DNA of 64,000 nucleotides from contig JADCJE010000032.1 of the NCBI GenBank assembly GCA_020247305.1, forward strand, positions 88,108 to 152,107, written 5' to 3'. Positions within the stretch are counted from its first letter, which is position 1. The number at the start of each line of letters is the position of its first letter. Below are positions 34,663-47,058 of the stretch, piece after piece. A program made the position numbers and the translations under genes. The notes under the pieces are model-generated. The model searched no databases. It had not been told where the DNA came from and was given only the letters and a program-made list of their open reading frames with translations. Origin of the DNA: Phycisphaerales bacterium (lineage in GTDB: Bacteria > Planctomycetota > UBA1135 > UBA2386).

Positions 34663-36874
34663 GCTGGAGCGCTCCGACCGCCGCTCGAATGGTCGCCGCG
34701 ACGTGCTGGATGTGCCGCTCTTCGTAGCGCTCGTTGATCGGCAGCACGATCACTTGCTCAAGGCCGCGCACGGCGCCCGGGTACTCGGCGCGGCGGAACA
34801 GCGGCTGCGCCGCGTCGCGACGCGGGTTGTGCTGCAGCGGCATTGCCGTGATCGGCGACGCGGACCAGTCGCGGAACAGTTCGCACTCGAACGCCGGCTT
34901 CTGCACGTACCGCGGCACGCAGGCGACGCCCGCCTGCTGCATCCGTTGGCCCAGCGCAATCGCGCCGCCAGCGACGGCGTCGTCGACGCGGAACGCGAAC
35001 TTCCACCACGCGTGCGTGCCGTGCGCCGGATCGCCGGGCAGCCGCAGCCCGGGCACGTCGGCGAGTTCCGCCGCGAGCCGCGCGGCGACCGAGCGGCGCG
35101 CCGCCACGACGCCATCGAGCTTCGGCAGTTGCGCCACCGCTACCGCGCCCTGCAACTCGGTCATGCGGTAGTTCAACGCCGGGAAGTAGTGGTCGGGCTT
35201 CTTGTCGCCGTAGCCCCACGCCTTGTTGACGCAGAGGAACACGCGCCGCGCAAGTTCGTCGTCGTCGGTGGCGACGATGCCGCCTTCGCCGGTCGTGATG
35301 TGCTTGCCCTGCTGCAGCGAGAACGCGCCGAGCGCGCCGAACGTGCCGACGCGACGGCCGCGCCACGTCGCGCCGAAGGCCTGCGCCGTGTCCTCGATCA
35401 GCGGCAGTCCCCGCTCCCGCGCGAGGGCGGTGATGCCGTCGAGGTCGGCCGGGCAGCCGAACAGGTGGGTGACGACGATCGCGCGCGTGCGCGACGTCAA
35501 CTGCGCGGCGATGGTCGCGGCAGTGACGTTCAGCGTCGTCGGGTCGACGTCGGCGAACACCGGAACGCCGCCCTCGTAGCAAATCGGCGTCAGCGCGCCC
35601 ATGTCGGTGATGGGCGTCGTCACCACTTCGTCGCCGGGCTGCAACCGCAGCGCAGCGATGGCGCAGTGCATGGCGGCCGAGCCGGAGGCACAGGCAATTG
35701 CATGCTTGCGCCCGAGCCAGCGCGCGAAGCGCTGCTCGAAGGTCGTCACGTACGTGCCCCGCGTGCTGTTGAGCGTGCCCCGACGGACGGCATCGGCGAC
35801 GAGCAGCGCCTCTTCGGCGCCGAGCGTGCGACCGCTCGCGTCGCCGTCGCTCGGCAGCGCCACGGCAGGGGCCGTCGCGTCGGCCGGCGATGCGAATGCC
35901 TCGGCGAGCAGCAGGTCCCGGAGGCGCATGAGCGCACCGGGCGGCGCGGCAGTGGGTCGCGGTCCGGCCAGCGCACGGCCGACGGCGCCGGCGAGGCCGC
36001 CGGTGGCGCTGCTCGCCACGTGCACGGCGCCGGCCGCGACCGCCGACGCCAGCGGCCCGGCCTCGGCCGCGACCACGCACGGAACGCCAGCAGCGCGCGC
36101 GAGCCACTGACAGCCGACCGAGTCGGTGACCACGCATGCAGCGGCGAGCAGGGCGCGCAGGCTGGCATCGGCGCTGCCGTCCACCCAGGCCGCACAGCCG
36201 TCGGCGCGCGCCGCAGCGGGAGCGGCTACGACCTGGATGGGCCGCGGCGCGCAGCCCTGCGCGAGTTCCGCGAGCCGGTCACGCACTTCGGCCGCAGCGT
36301 CCGGACCGGCGTGTTCGAAGGCGCAGACGATGGCGTCGCCCGCCGGCTGCGCGCGGCCGACGATGGCGTCCGCGAGCAGCGAGCCGATGGCGTGGACCTT
36401 GGCGGGCGCGGCACCCTCGCGGACCAGTTCGTGGCGCTCCGCGTCGCCGTCGCACAGCCAAACGCTGGCGGCGTGGTCGGCGCGGCGGCGTGCAGCGTCG
36501 CGCTGGCCGTCCGCGGCGTGGTTGCGCAGCCCGGCCTGCAAACGCACGACGGGCAGTCCGATCGACGCAGCGGCGACGCCGATCGCCTGTGCGAAGGCAT
36601 CGTGGCCGCAGGTGACGACGGCGCGCCATGGCGAAGCGAGCAGCGTCGCCGCGAAGGTCGCAGCCTCGGCGCAGCGCTGCGCCGCATCGCCGGCGGACGG
36701 CGCCGCACGGCGCTCGGGGGCGGGCAGGCCGACCGCACAGGCGTCGGCGAGGCGGGCATCGTCCCCGAACCACGCGATCTCGCACGCGGCGCCGGCCGTG
36801 CGCAGCGCCGCGACGGCCGCGCCAACCACGAGGCCGTCGCCGCAGCTGCCGATCGCGAAGAGGAAGGCCCGCAC
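34655..36874 (-). CDS. Fusion protein: N-terminal UDP-GlcNAc 2-epimerase-like domain plus C-terminal DegT/DnrJ/EryC1 (WbpE-like) PLP aminotransferase
   Basis: C-terminal half: AIACASGSAAMHCA..GDEVVTTPIT..FSLQQGKHITTGEGG (PLP Lys). N-terminal half: ...VVRLQAGLRN...VTDSVGCQ... resembles Epimerase_2. GTG at 36874 avoids overlap with the upstream gene; the ORF track gives 36937. Confidence 0.75.
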   Translation of the reverse strand: MRAFLFAIGSCGDGLVVGAAVAALRTAGAACEIAWFGDDARLADACAVGLPAPERRAAPSAGDAAQRCAEAATFAATLLASPWRAVVTCGHDAFAQAIGVAAASIGLPVVRLQAGLRNHAADGQRDAARRRADHAASVWLCDGDAERHELVREGAAPAKVHAIGSLLADAIVGRAQPAGDAIVCAFEHAGPDAAAEVRDRLAELAQGCAPRPIQVVAAPAAARADGCAAWVDGSADASLRALLAAACVVTDSVGCQWLARAAGVPCVVAAEAGPLASAVAAGAVHVASSATGGLAGAVGRALAGPRPTAAPPGALMRLRDLLLAEAFASPADATAPAVALPSDGDASGRTLGAEEALLVADAVRRGTLNSTRGTYVTTFEQRFARWLGRKHAIACASGSAAMHCAIAALRLQPGDEVVTTPITDMGALTPICYEGGVPVFADVDPTTLNVTAATIAAQLTSRTRAIVVTHLFGCPADLDGITALARERGLPLIEDTAQAFGATWRGRRVGTFGALGAFSLQQGKHITTGEGGIVATDDDELARRVFLCVNKAWGYGDKKPDHYFPALNYRMTELQGAVAVAQLPKLDGVVAARRSVAARLAAELADVPGLRLPGDPAHGTHAWWKFAFRVDDAVAGGAIALGQRMQQAGVACVPRYVQKPAFECELFRDWSASPITAMPLQHNPRRDAAQPLFRRAEYPGAVRGLEQVIVLPINERYEERHIQHVAATIRAAVGALQHA

Positions 36875-36881
36875 GCCGCGA

Positions 36882-37598
36882 TCAGCCCGGCCCCGGCTGC
36901 TGGTTGAGGCGCACGGCGACCACGCTGAGCAGGTCATTGACCTGCTTCTCGATGCGGTTCACGTTCGCGACGTTGTCGAGCACGATCGCCTTCTTCGCCG
37001 TCGCCGGCTGGAAGATCAGCCGGCCGCTGCGCAGCAGCAGGAACTCGACGACGTCGTAGATCTCCTTGTTCATCTCCAACCCCTCGGTCGACCAGCGCTG
37101 GATGTCGCCGAGGTAGCCGTGATGGTGCAGGATCTCGCGCGCGTTGACCTCGTAGTAGTTGAAGCGTGTGTTGACGAACACGAGGGCGAGCAGGAAGCCG
37201 AGGCCCGCCGACAGGAAGCCGTAGAACGCCGTGTTCATCCGGACGTCGATCGCGCCGAACATGCGGCCGAGGAAGCCGGTGACGTTCGTCTTGGTGTCGC
37301 CCCAGAGGATCAGCAGCATCACCGCGATGCCCGCGATCAGGATCGTGATGGTCTTGATGCGCGAGAAGTCGAACGAGAACACCAGCAGGTTCAGCAACAG
37401 CGCCAGCATGAACGTGTTGCCGAGGAACGGCGAGCCGATGTCGCCACTGCCCTTGCCGACGCCGAGCCACGACATCAGGAAGAACACCGTCGCGCAGCAG
37501 AAGGTCGGGTAGAGGAACACGACCTTCGGCCAGGGCCGGATGATCACGCTCTCCGGCGCGCGGGGTGCCGTCAGGGGGACGTTCGCGGTCTCGGTCAT
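36882..37598 (-). CDS. Membrane protein with a C-terminal bacterial PH-like (YdbT/DUF304-like) domain
   Basis: ATG at 37598. About 4 TM segments, then YEVNAREILHHHGYLGD...GRLIFQP...IVLDNVANV. Confidence 0.55.
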   Translation of the reverse strand: MTETANVPLTAPRAPESVIIRPWPKVVFLYPTFCCATVFFLMSWLGVGKGSGDIGSPFLGNTFMLALLLNLLVFSFDFSRIKTITILIAGIAVMLLILWGDTKTNVTGFLGRMFGAIDVRMNTAFYGFLSAGLGFLLALVFVNTRFNYYEVNAREILHHHGYLGDIQRWSTEGLEMNKEIYDVVEFLLLRSGRLIFQPATAKKAIVLDNVANVNRIEKQVNDLLSVVAVRLNQQPGPG

Positions 37599-37632
37599 GG
37601 GCAGGGCTCGGCGGGCTGGGCGCCGCCGCCGG

Positions 37633-40491
<2,859 letters not shown>

Positions 40492-40641
40492 GGGGTTGCT
40501 CGGTGGGTCGGGCGGCTCGACCTTGGGGGCAACGGTTATAGGCACGCGGGCGGTCCGGTAGAAGGGTGCAAGCAGCGCCGGGCCTGGACGCCCGACCCGG
40601 CGGCGGTTGCACGGCGCCACCCGCCGCGGTCCGCTGTCGCC

Positions 40642-41454
40642 GTGACCGCCGCCCTCACCGCCGACCAGGTCGCCGCCTTCGGCCGCGACGGCTTCCTTGG
40701 GCCGGTCGACGTGTTGTCGGCCGCGGAGGTGGCCGCGACCCGCGCCGCCGTCGCCGACGTGATCGCCCGGCTACCGGAGGTGGGCGAGCAGTTGTTCGAG
40801 GTCGAGCAGGCCTACACCGACCGTCCCGGCGAGGTCGTCTGCCACTTCCTCGGCGGTTGGCGCGTGCACCCGGCGCTGCGGGCGTTGGTGTTCCATCCGC
40901 GCATCGTGGCGCTCGCGGCCGAACTGCTCGGCGCGCCGACCGTGCGCTTCTGGCACGACCAGGTCTTCGCCAAGCCGCCGCGCCACCCGGGCGTCGTGCC
41001 GTGGCACCAGGACTACAGCTACTGGACCCGCACCGCGCCGGCCTGCCACCTGACCATCAACGTGATGCTCGACGACGCCGACGAACAAAATGGCTGCGTG
41101 CAGTTCATCGCCGGCAGCCACCGCTGGGGATTGCTGCCGAAGCTGCCGTTCGACGCGCCGCTCGAAGCGGTGCGCGCGCACCTGCCGGCGGACGCGGCGT
41201 GGCGGCCGATCGCGGTGCCGGTGCGCGCCGGCCAGGCGACGATCCACCACAGCCATACCCTACACGGCAGCGACCGGAACCGCAGCGATCGCTGGCGGCG
41301 CGCCGCCGTGCTCAACTACATGGGCGGCCACGTGCGGGTCGCGGACGGCAGCGAGCCGTTGCTGCGCGGCGCGCCGGCGCTGCCGAAGGGCGCCGTCGTC
41401 GAGGGCGCGTGCTTTCCGCTGGTGTGGCCGCCTGCCGTCGCGGCGGCGCGTTGA
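40642..41454 (+). CDS. Phytanoyl-CoA dioxygenase (PhyH)-family Fe(II)/2-oxoglutarate oxygenase
   Basis: WHQDYSYW...[14 protein letters not shown]...HHSHTLHGS (His-x-Asp...His facial-triad pattern). GTG start at 40642. Confidence 0.8.
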   Translation: MTAALTADQVAAFGRDGFLGPVDVLSAAEVAATRAAVADVIARLPEVGEQLFEVEQAYTDRPGEVVCHFLGGWRVHPALRALVFHPRIVALAAELLGAPTVRFWHDQVFAKPPRHPGVVPWHQDYSYWTRTAPACHLTINVMLDDADEQNGCVQFIAGSHRWGLLPKLPFDAPLEAVRAHLPADAAWRPIAVPVRAGQATIHHSHTLHGSDRNRSDRWRRAAVLNYMGGHVRVADGSEPLLRGAPALPKGAVVEGACFPLVWPPAVAAAR

Positions 41455-41512
41455 CCCACCACCCGGTTCGGGCAGGGAGCGGCGCGCACGCCGGCCGCCT
41501 GTCCGCCGTCGT

Positions 41513-43018
41513 TCAGAAGCTGCCGAGGGTCGTGCGCACCGCGTTCGAAGCGGCGCCGCCGACGAGGTTGAACAGCGCGTCGAACTCCAGCGGCACGAAC
41601 TGCTGGTGCAGCGTGGTGCCGAGCAGCGTCGCGCTCGACGGCATCGTCACGGTGGCAGTCGCGACGCCGCCGACCGGCAGCAGCGCATCGACAATGTCGG
41701 GCGCGGCGACCACGGTGCAACCTGCGCCGGCCTGCGGTAGCGCCGCCGCGAGCGGCAACACCGTCGCGGACAGGCCGAGCACGCTCAACACGATGGTGTT
41801 CGTCGGCAGGTTGGTGCAGCGGGTGCGGTAGCTGCCACCGAGCAACGGCAGGCGTTCGACGGTCAGCGCGGGCGTGCCGCCAGCGCCAGCGCAGCCGTTG
41901 CCGGTCGCCGTGAGCGTGGGGGCGCACGTGCTGGCCAACTGCGCGAACCGCCCTGCGGCGGCGCCGCCGGCCTGCGTGAAGTCGCCGCCGACGGCGACCG
42001 CGCCGTCGCCGAGCACGCTGACGGCCAGCACGTTGGCGTTGCAGCCGGCGCCGAACGCCTGCCACGTCGCGCCGTTCCAGCGCGCGAGGTTGGCGGCGGG
42101 TTGGCCACCCGCGGTCGTGAAGCTGCCGCCGGCGACGATCTCGCCGTTGGGATGCGCCGCCAGCGCGGTGACCGGCCCGCTGAGGCCTGTGCCGAGCTGC
42201 GTCCACACGCTGCCGTTCCAGCGCGCGATGCGGTTGGCAGCGCCGCCGCCAGCCGTCGCGAAGCTGCCGCCGACCACGATGTCGCCATTGGGCAACGCCG
42301 CGAGCGCTTGGCCACCGAAGAGCCCGAGGCCGCTGCCGAGCGCGCTCCACGCCGTGCCGTTCCAGCGCGCGATGCCGGCGCAGGCGACGCCGCCCGCCTG
42401 GGTGAACGAGCCGGTGGCGAACAGGTCGCCGTTCGGCGCGACGGCGAGGCAGCGCACCGGGCTGTTGCAGCCCGCGCCGAGCGGGCTCCAGCCCGCGCCG
42501 TTCCAACGCGCGATGTTGCTCGCGGCGACGCCGGATGCCCCGGGGAAACCGCCGGCGGCGATCAGGTCGCCGTTCGGCATCACGGCGAGCGCCTGCACGT
42601 TGCCGCCGAACGGCAGCGGCTGGTCGATGCCATTGCCGAGCGGCGACCACGTCGTGCCGTTCCAGCGCGCGATGCTGTTGACGGCCAGCCCGCCAGCCTG
42701 CGTGAACGAGCCGCCGACGACGAGGTCGCCGTTGGGCATGCGCACGGCGGCCAGCGCGTCGCCGTTGAGGCCGCTGCCGAGGGGCTGCCACGCGCTGCCG
42801 TTCCAGTGCGAAATCCGGTTGGCGCCAACGCCCCCGACGGACGTGAAGCGACCGGCGACCGTGAAGGTGCGGCCGTCCTCGGCCACGACCGCGCACACCG
42901 AACCGTTCGCGCCGCCGCCGAACGGCGACGTCGACCACGACACGGTGCACTGCGCGCGGGCGGCGACGGTCGTGCTGAGGACGAGAAGGCTGGCGAGGAC
43001 GAGCGGGCGGTGGTGCAT
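41513..43018 (-). CDS. Secreted beta-propeller-type repeat protein (about 7 'ARWNGxxW' repeats) with a two-Cys C-terminal module
   Basis: Signal peptide MHHRPLVLASLLVLSTTVAARAQ. Six RWNGxxWxxLGxG...PNGDxxxGGxFxxAGG units. Confidence 0.7.
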   Translation of the reverse strand: MHHRPLVLASLLVLSTTVAARAQCTVSWSTSPFGGGANGSVCAVVAEDGRTFTVAGRFTSVGGVGANRISHWNGSAWQPLGSGLNGDALAAVRMPNGDLVVGGSFTQAGGLAVNSIARWNGTTWSPLGNGIDQPLPFGGNVQALAVMPNGDLIAAGGFPGASGVAASNIARWNGAGWSPLGAGCNSPVRCLAVAPNGDLFATGSFTQAGGVACAGIARWNGTAWSALGSGLGLFGGQALAALPNGDIVVGGSFATAGGGAANRIARWNGSVWTQLGTGLSGPVTALAAHPNGEIVAGGSFTTAGGQPAANLARWNGATWQAFGAGCNANVLAVSVLGDGAVAVGGDFTQAGGAAAGRFAQLASTCAPTLTATGNGCAGAGGTPALTVERLPLLGGSYRTRCTNLPTNTIVLSVLGLSATVLPLAAALPQAGAGCTVVAAPDIVDALLPVGGVATATVTMPSSATLLGTTLHQQFVPLEFDALFNLVGGAASNAVRTTLGSF

Positions 43019-43225
43019 TGGTGACGCGCTGATGGGCGAGGGCCGAGGATTGTGCCTCATGCGGACCGTTCTGTCAGGCACGTGCGGCAGCGCGCGCGCA
43101 ACGACGCGAGGGTCCAGTTGCGCTCCGCCGCAGCTTCACCGGATGCATCGACTCGATGCCGTGCAGCCACGCGCGGTCACTCGGAGCCTCGAAGCCGCCG
43201 CGAGGCGCGCGACGCCAACGCGCTC

Positions 43226-46200
43226 TCAGCGCTTCGTCGCCGGCCAGTCTTCGCGGCTGCCGTCGGGCATGCGGACCGCCGCCGACTGGTAGTCCCGCTC
43301 GAAGCGCCACACCGGCGGCGAATGGCTGAGGTACGAACCGCCGGCGGCCAACTCGCTCGCGCGCACACGCCCGTCGGCCAGCGCCAACCGCAAGCGCGCG
43401 CCGATGCGCTGCGGGTTGCCGGCCGGACCGGAGCGACGCCACGAATCCGCTGCCCCGGCGTTCGCGTGCTTGGTGCGCCAGAGCGGTCCGTCGTTGCGGC
43501 TGCCGAGCAAGCAGTCCCCGTCGGCCACGAGCGCCTTGTGGTCGCCGAGCAGGGCGAGACCGTGCTCGGTTGGCGGCACGACAACGAGCGCGCCAGCCTC
43601 ATCGCGCAGGACCAGCACGGTGCCGCCGTCGAGCCGGCCGGTCTCCGGCTCCGGCGCATAGCTGTTCTCCGCAGCGACCAGCGTGGCGCCGCTCGCGACC
43701 ATGCCGAACAGCGGCGCCACCTGCGCCAGCCGCGGCAGCGGTTCGAGGGCGAAGCGCCCCGTGCCGTCGTTGCGCAGCAGGCTGTTGGCGAGCGTCGTCG
43801 CCCGCAGTTGGCCGCAGGCCGCGAGCTTGTCCTGGCCGTAGATGTCGGGCAGCAGGGACCGCGCGAACTGGTCGTAGGTCGGAAAGCGCGTCTTCAGCAC
43901 CGGCATCGCCTGGCTGCTGCAGCTGCGGCCGCGCACCGGCAGCAGGTTGGCGCCGTCGTACTTCGCCTCGATCAGGTCGCGCGTGCCGTTGTCGTCGAAG
44001 TCGCCGAAGTACAGCACCGCCGGCTGCTCAGGCGATGCCTTGTATTTGCTGTTGAGGCCCTGGTTGCCGGCGACGTAGTCGAGGTCGCCGTCGGCATCGC
44101 AGTCCCACGCGCACAGGCTGTTCCACCAACCGACGTGGGGGGCGAGGCCGGCGGCTGCGGTCGCATCCGTGAAACGTCCGTTGTCGTTGCGCAGGAAGCG
44201 GATCGGTTGCCAGTGCGCGGCGACCAGCAGGTCCGCATCGCCGTCGTCGTCGGCGTCGCTGAAGATCGCGCATGTCACCATGCCGGCACTGAGCAGGGCG
44301 GGCGCGAGGTCGGCCGTGGCGTCGACGAAGCGACCGGCGTCGTTGCGGTAGAGGCGCGTGGGCGGCGCGTCGGGGTACCGCCCAGGCACGAGCCGGCCGG
44401 CGACGCAGAGGTCGATGTCGCCATCGCCGTCGACGTCGGCGGCCGCGGCGTGGCCCGACGACGTGCGGATGTCCGGCAGCGCCGCGTCGTCGCGGACGAA
44501 GCGCAGGCCGCCGTCGTTGCGGTAGAGGCGGTCGCGCAGCGCCGGATCGCCCTCGGGCAGGTCGGCGCCGCCGCTGGCGACGAACAGGTCGAGGTCGCCG
44601 TCGCGATCGTGGTCGAGCCAAAGCACGCCGAGGTCCTCGCACGCGGCATCCGCGCTCCACGGTCCGGGCTGCACCTGCCAACCGTTCGGCGTGGCGAGGT
44701 GGAGCACGCCTGCTTGGCCGCGCGCGCCGCCGACGAACAGGTCGTCGTCGCCATCGCCGTCGACGTCGGCGAGGGCGAGCCCGGGCCCAAGACGCGACAC
44801 GGCCGCCGGCAGCAACGGCTGGTCGCGGTACTCGTCGAAGTCGTCTTCCTGGTGGCGGAATGGCGGCGGGTCGCCGGCGCTCCGCGCGCGCTGCGCAGGT
44901 TCGTTCGCCGGTGGCGCGGCGGGCGCTGCCGCCGGTTCGGCGATCGTATGGCACGTTCCGGCCGCCACGTCGCGCAGCGTCTGCACCCGGCCCGAGGGCC
45001 ACTCGATGCGCAGCTCGCGCGCCGCCGTCGCCGCGCCGAGGCCGAAGTGCAGTTCCGGCGCCTGTCCCGACAGGTATCCGCGCGACGACCAGCACTCGCG
45101 CACGAGCACGCGGCCGTCGGCCAGCGTCGCGGTGGCGCGCGCGCCGAGGCCGAAGCGGTTGCCGCCGCGACCGCGCAGGCGCACGGTGAACGACGCGCCG
45201 TCGTCGGTCCGGTTCTCGTAGACGGCGGCGGGGGCGTTCCAGTTGTTGACGACGACGTCGAGGTCGCCGTCGCCGTCGAGGTCGCACAGCGCAGCGCCAT
45301 GGCTGACGGCTTCGAGGTCGAGGCCCCAGTCGGCGCCGGTCTTGGCGAAGCGCAGATCGCCGAGGTTGCGCAGCGCGAGGTTGCGCTCGGGTACGGTGCG
45401 CACGTTCTGGATCTGGTCGATCGCCTCCTTCTGGCGGCCCTCGGCCCACAGCGCCTTGACGCGCAGGTCGAGGTCCGGATCCATGTCGAAGCGCGCGATG
45501 CCGTTGGTGGCGAAGACGTCGAGCCGAGCGTCGTTGTCGAGGTCGCCGAACAGCACGCTCCACGTCCAGTCGGTGCTGGCGAGGCCGGCGAGGTGGGCTG
45601 CCTCCTGGAACACGCCGACACCGGTGTTGCGCAGCAGGGCGTTGCGCATGACCTGCGGTGGGCGGCTGTGCATCAGCACGGCGCGCTTCTCGTCCATGTC
45701 GCCCATGAGCACCTTCGCCTTCACGTGCGTGGTCATGCTCATGTCGGCGACGATCAGGTCGAGGTGGCCGTCGCCATCGGCGTCGCCGGCGTCGCTGCCC
45801 ATGCCGTAGTAGGCGGTGTGCGGCACGACGTCGGCGGTGACGTCGCGGAAGCGACCGCCGCCTTCGTTGTGGTACAGCGTGTCCGGCGATTCGAGGTCAT
45901 TGGCGACGTAGAGGTCGGGCCTGCCGTCGTGGTCGTAGTCCCACCAGATCGCCGAGAGGCCCATGCCGTGCCCCGCGATGCCCGCGGCGGTCGTGACGTC
46001 GACGAAGCGGCCGCCGACGTTGCGCAGCAGGCGATCCGGCTGGCCGGCCATGAAGTGCTGGCCGCGAAACACCAGGAAGTGCTCGCGCAACGCCGGCGGC
46101 AGGTCGTCCGCCGTGCGCAGTCGGCCGGCGCGTACGATTGCCGCCACCTGCTGCAACTGGGCCAACGTCGGCACCATCGCCACCGGCGCGCGCACGGTGT

Positions 46201-46963
46201 CCTGGCCCGGCCGGATGCCGCCGAGCACCTCCGGCGTCAGCGCCCAACTGGCGTGCAGCGCGCGGTTGGTCAGCAGGTAGCAGTCGAGCGCGCCATCGCC
46301 GTCGTAGTCGGCGAAGGCGGCCATCATCGAAGCGGCAGCGACGTCGAGACCGAACTTGGCGGCGTTCTCGCGGAAGGTGCCGTCGCCCTGGTTCTCGTAC
46401 AGCAGGTTCTTGGCTTCGAGGTTGCAGACGTGCAGGTCGAGGTCGCCGTCGCCGTCGAGGTCGATGAAGCAAGCGCCAGTGCCCCAGGCATCGCCGCCAT
46501 CGACACCGCCCGCGGCGACCGTGACGTCGGTGAAGCGCAGCGGCGCATCCTGGCGGAACAGTCGGTTGGGCCCGTCCTGCGACACGAAGTACAGATCGAG
46601 ATCGCCGTCGCCGTCGTAGTCGCCGGTCGCGAGTCCGGCGCCGTTCGTCAGGTACGAGTAAGCGTTCTCGCGGCGCAACACGTTGGTGAAGGCAACGCCC
46701 GTCTGCACCGGGTCGAGCAAACGAAAGCGCGGGCCGTCGCCGCGCGGCGCCCTGGCCGCGTGCGGCGCGCTCGCGAGCGGCGGCAGTTCGGTGGCGCGCT
46801 GGCAGCCCGCCAGCGCCGCGAGGGCGACAAGGCTGGCCAGGGCAGTCGGGGGAAGCTGGCGGCTGGGAGGGCGGAGCACGCGGTGGGACCTAGGCCGCAA
46901 GGTGGCGGGGGTGGCGCGAAAACGCCAGCGAACGTGCAACCGACGGTCGGGTGCGGGCCACAT
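43226..46963 (-). CDS. CRTAC1-like FG-GAP/VCBS repeat protein with two ASPIC/UnbV modules (lipoprotein)
   Basis: Many [10 protein letters not shown] calcium-loop repeats. Two UnbV-like segments ([20 protein letters not shown]...; [17 protein letters not shown]...). LAALAGC lipobox. Confidence 0.85.
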   Translation of the reverse strand: MWPAPDRRLHVRWRFRATPATLRPRSHRVLRPPSRQLPPTALASLVALAALAGCQRATELPPLASAPHAARAPRGDGPRFRLLDPVQTGVAFTNVLRRENAYSYLTNGAGLATGDYDGDGDLDLYFVSQDGPNRLFRQDAPLRFTDVTVAAGGVDGGDAWGTGACFIDLDGDGDLDLHVCNLEAKNLLYENQGDGTFRENAAKFGLDVAAASMMAAFADYDGDGALDCYLLTNRALHASWALTPEVLGGIRPGQDTVRAPVAMVPTLAQLQQVAAIVRAGRLRTADDLPPALREHFLVFRGQHFMAGQPDRLLRNVGGRFVDVTTAAGIAGHGMGLSAIWWDYDHDGRPDLYVANDLESPDTLYHNEGGGRFRDVTADVVPHTAYYGMGSDAGDADGDGHLDLIVADMSMTTHVKAKVLMGDMDEKRAVLMHSRPPQVMRNALLRNTGVGVFQEAAHLAGLASTDWTWSVLFGDLDNDARLDVFATNGIARFDMDPDLDLRVKALWAEGRQKEAIDQIQNVRTVPERNLALRNLGDLRFAKTGADWGLDLEAVSHGAALCDLDGDGDLDVVVNNWNAPAAVYENRTDDGASFTVRLRGRGGNRFGLGARATATLADGRVLVRECWSSRGYLSGQAPELHFGLGAATAARELRIEWPSGRVQTLRDVAAGTCHTIAEPAAAPAAPPANEPAQRARSAGDPPPFRHQEDDFDEYRDQPLLPAAVSRLGPGLALADVDGDGDDDLFVGGARGQAGVLHLATPNGWQVQPGPWSADAACEDLGVLWLDHDRDGDLDLFVASGGADLPEGDPALRDRLYRNDGGLRFVRDDAALPDIRTSSGHAAAADVDGDGDIDLCVAGRLVPGRYPDAPPTRLYRNDAGRFVDATADLAPALLSAGMVTCAIFSDADDDGDADLLVAAHWQPIRFLRNDNGRFTDATAAAGLAPHVGWWNSLCAWDCDADGDLDYVAGNQGLNSKYKASPEQPAVLYFGDFDDNGTRDLIEAKYDGANLLPVRGRSCSSQAMPVLKTRFPTYDQFARSLLPDIYGQDKLAACGQLRATTLANSLLRNDGTGRFALEPLPRLAQVAPLFGMVASGATLVAAENSYAPEPETGRLDGGTVLVLRDEAGALVVVPPTEHGLALLGDHKALVADGDCLLGSRNDGPLWRTKHANAGAADSWRRSGPAGNPQRIGARLRLALADGRVRASELAAGGSYLSHSPPVWRFERDYQSAAVRMPDGSREDWPATKR

Positions 46964-46987
46964 TCTCCTGCGTCGGCAACAAAGTGT

Positions 46988-47016
46988 TTGGCTTTTGTAC
47001 GGGTTGCCGCTAGGCT
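46988..47016 (+). promoter_or_regulatory. Candidate sigma70-type promoter of recA (TTGGCT-17-TAGGCT) inside an AT-richer imperfect palindrome
   Basis: Hexamers and 17-nt spacer read from the sequence. GGGAGGG RBS lies 8 nt before the recA ATG. No experimental support. Confidence 0.3.
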
Positions 47017-47058
47017 CCTTCTTTTGCTACGGCTCCGCGCCCCGGGAGGGCATCCAAG

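Noticed and set aside
40492-40641. Possible glycine riboswitch in the gcvP leader. A GGGGCAAC string caught my eye.
   Set aside because: The GGGGCAA-like string is on the strand opposite to gcvP. I could not find the GGAGAG...ACCGAAGGGGCAA...CTCAGGCAAAAGGAC core on the gcvP sense strand. A covariance-model scan (Rfam glycine riboswitch) would settle this.
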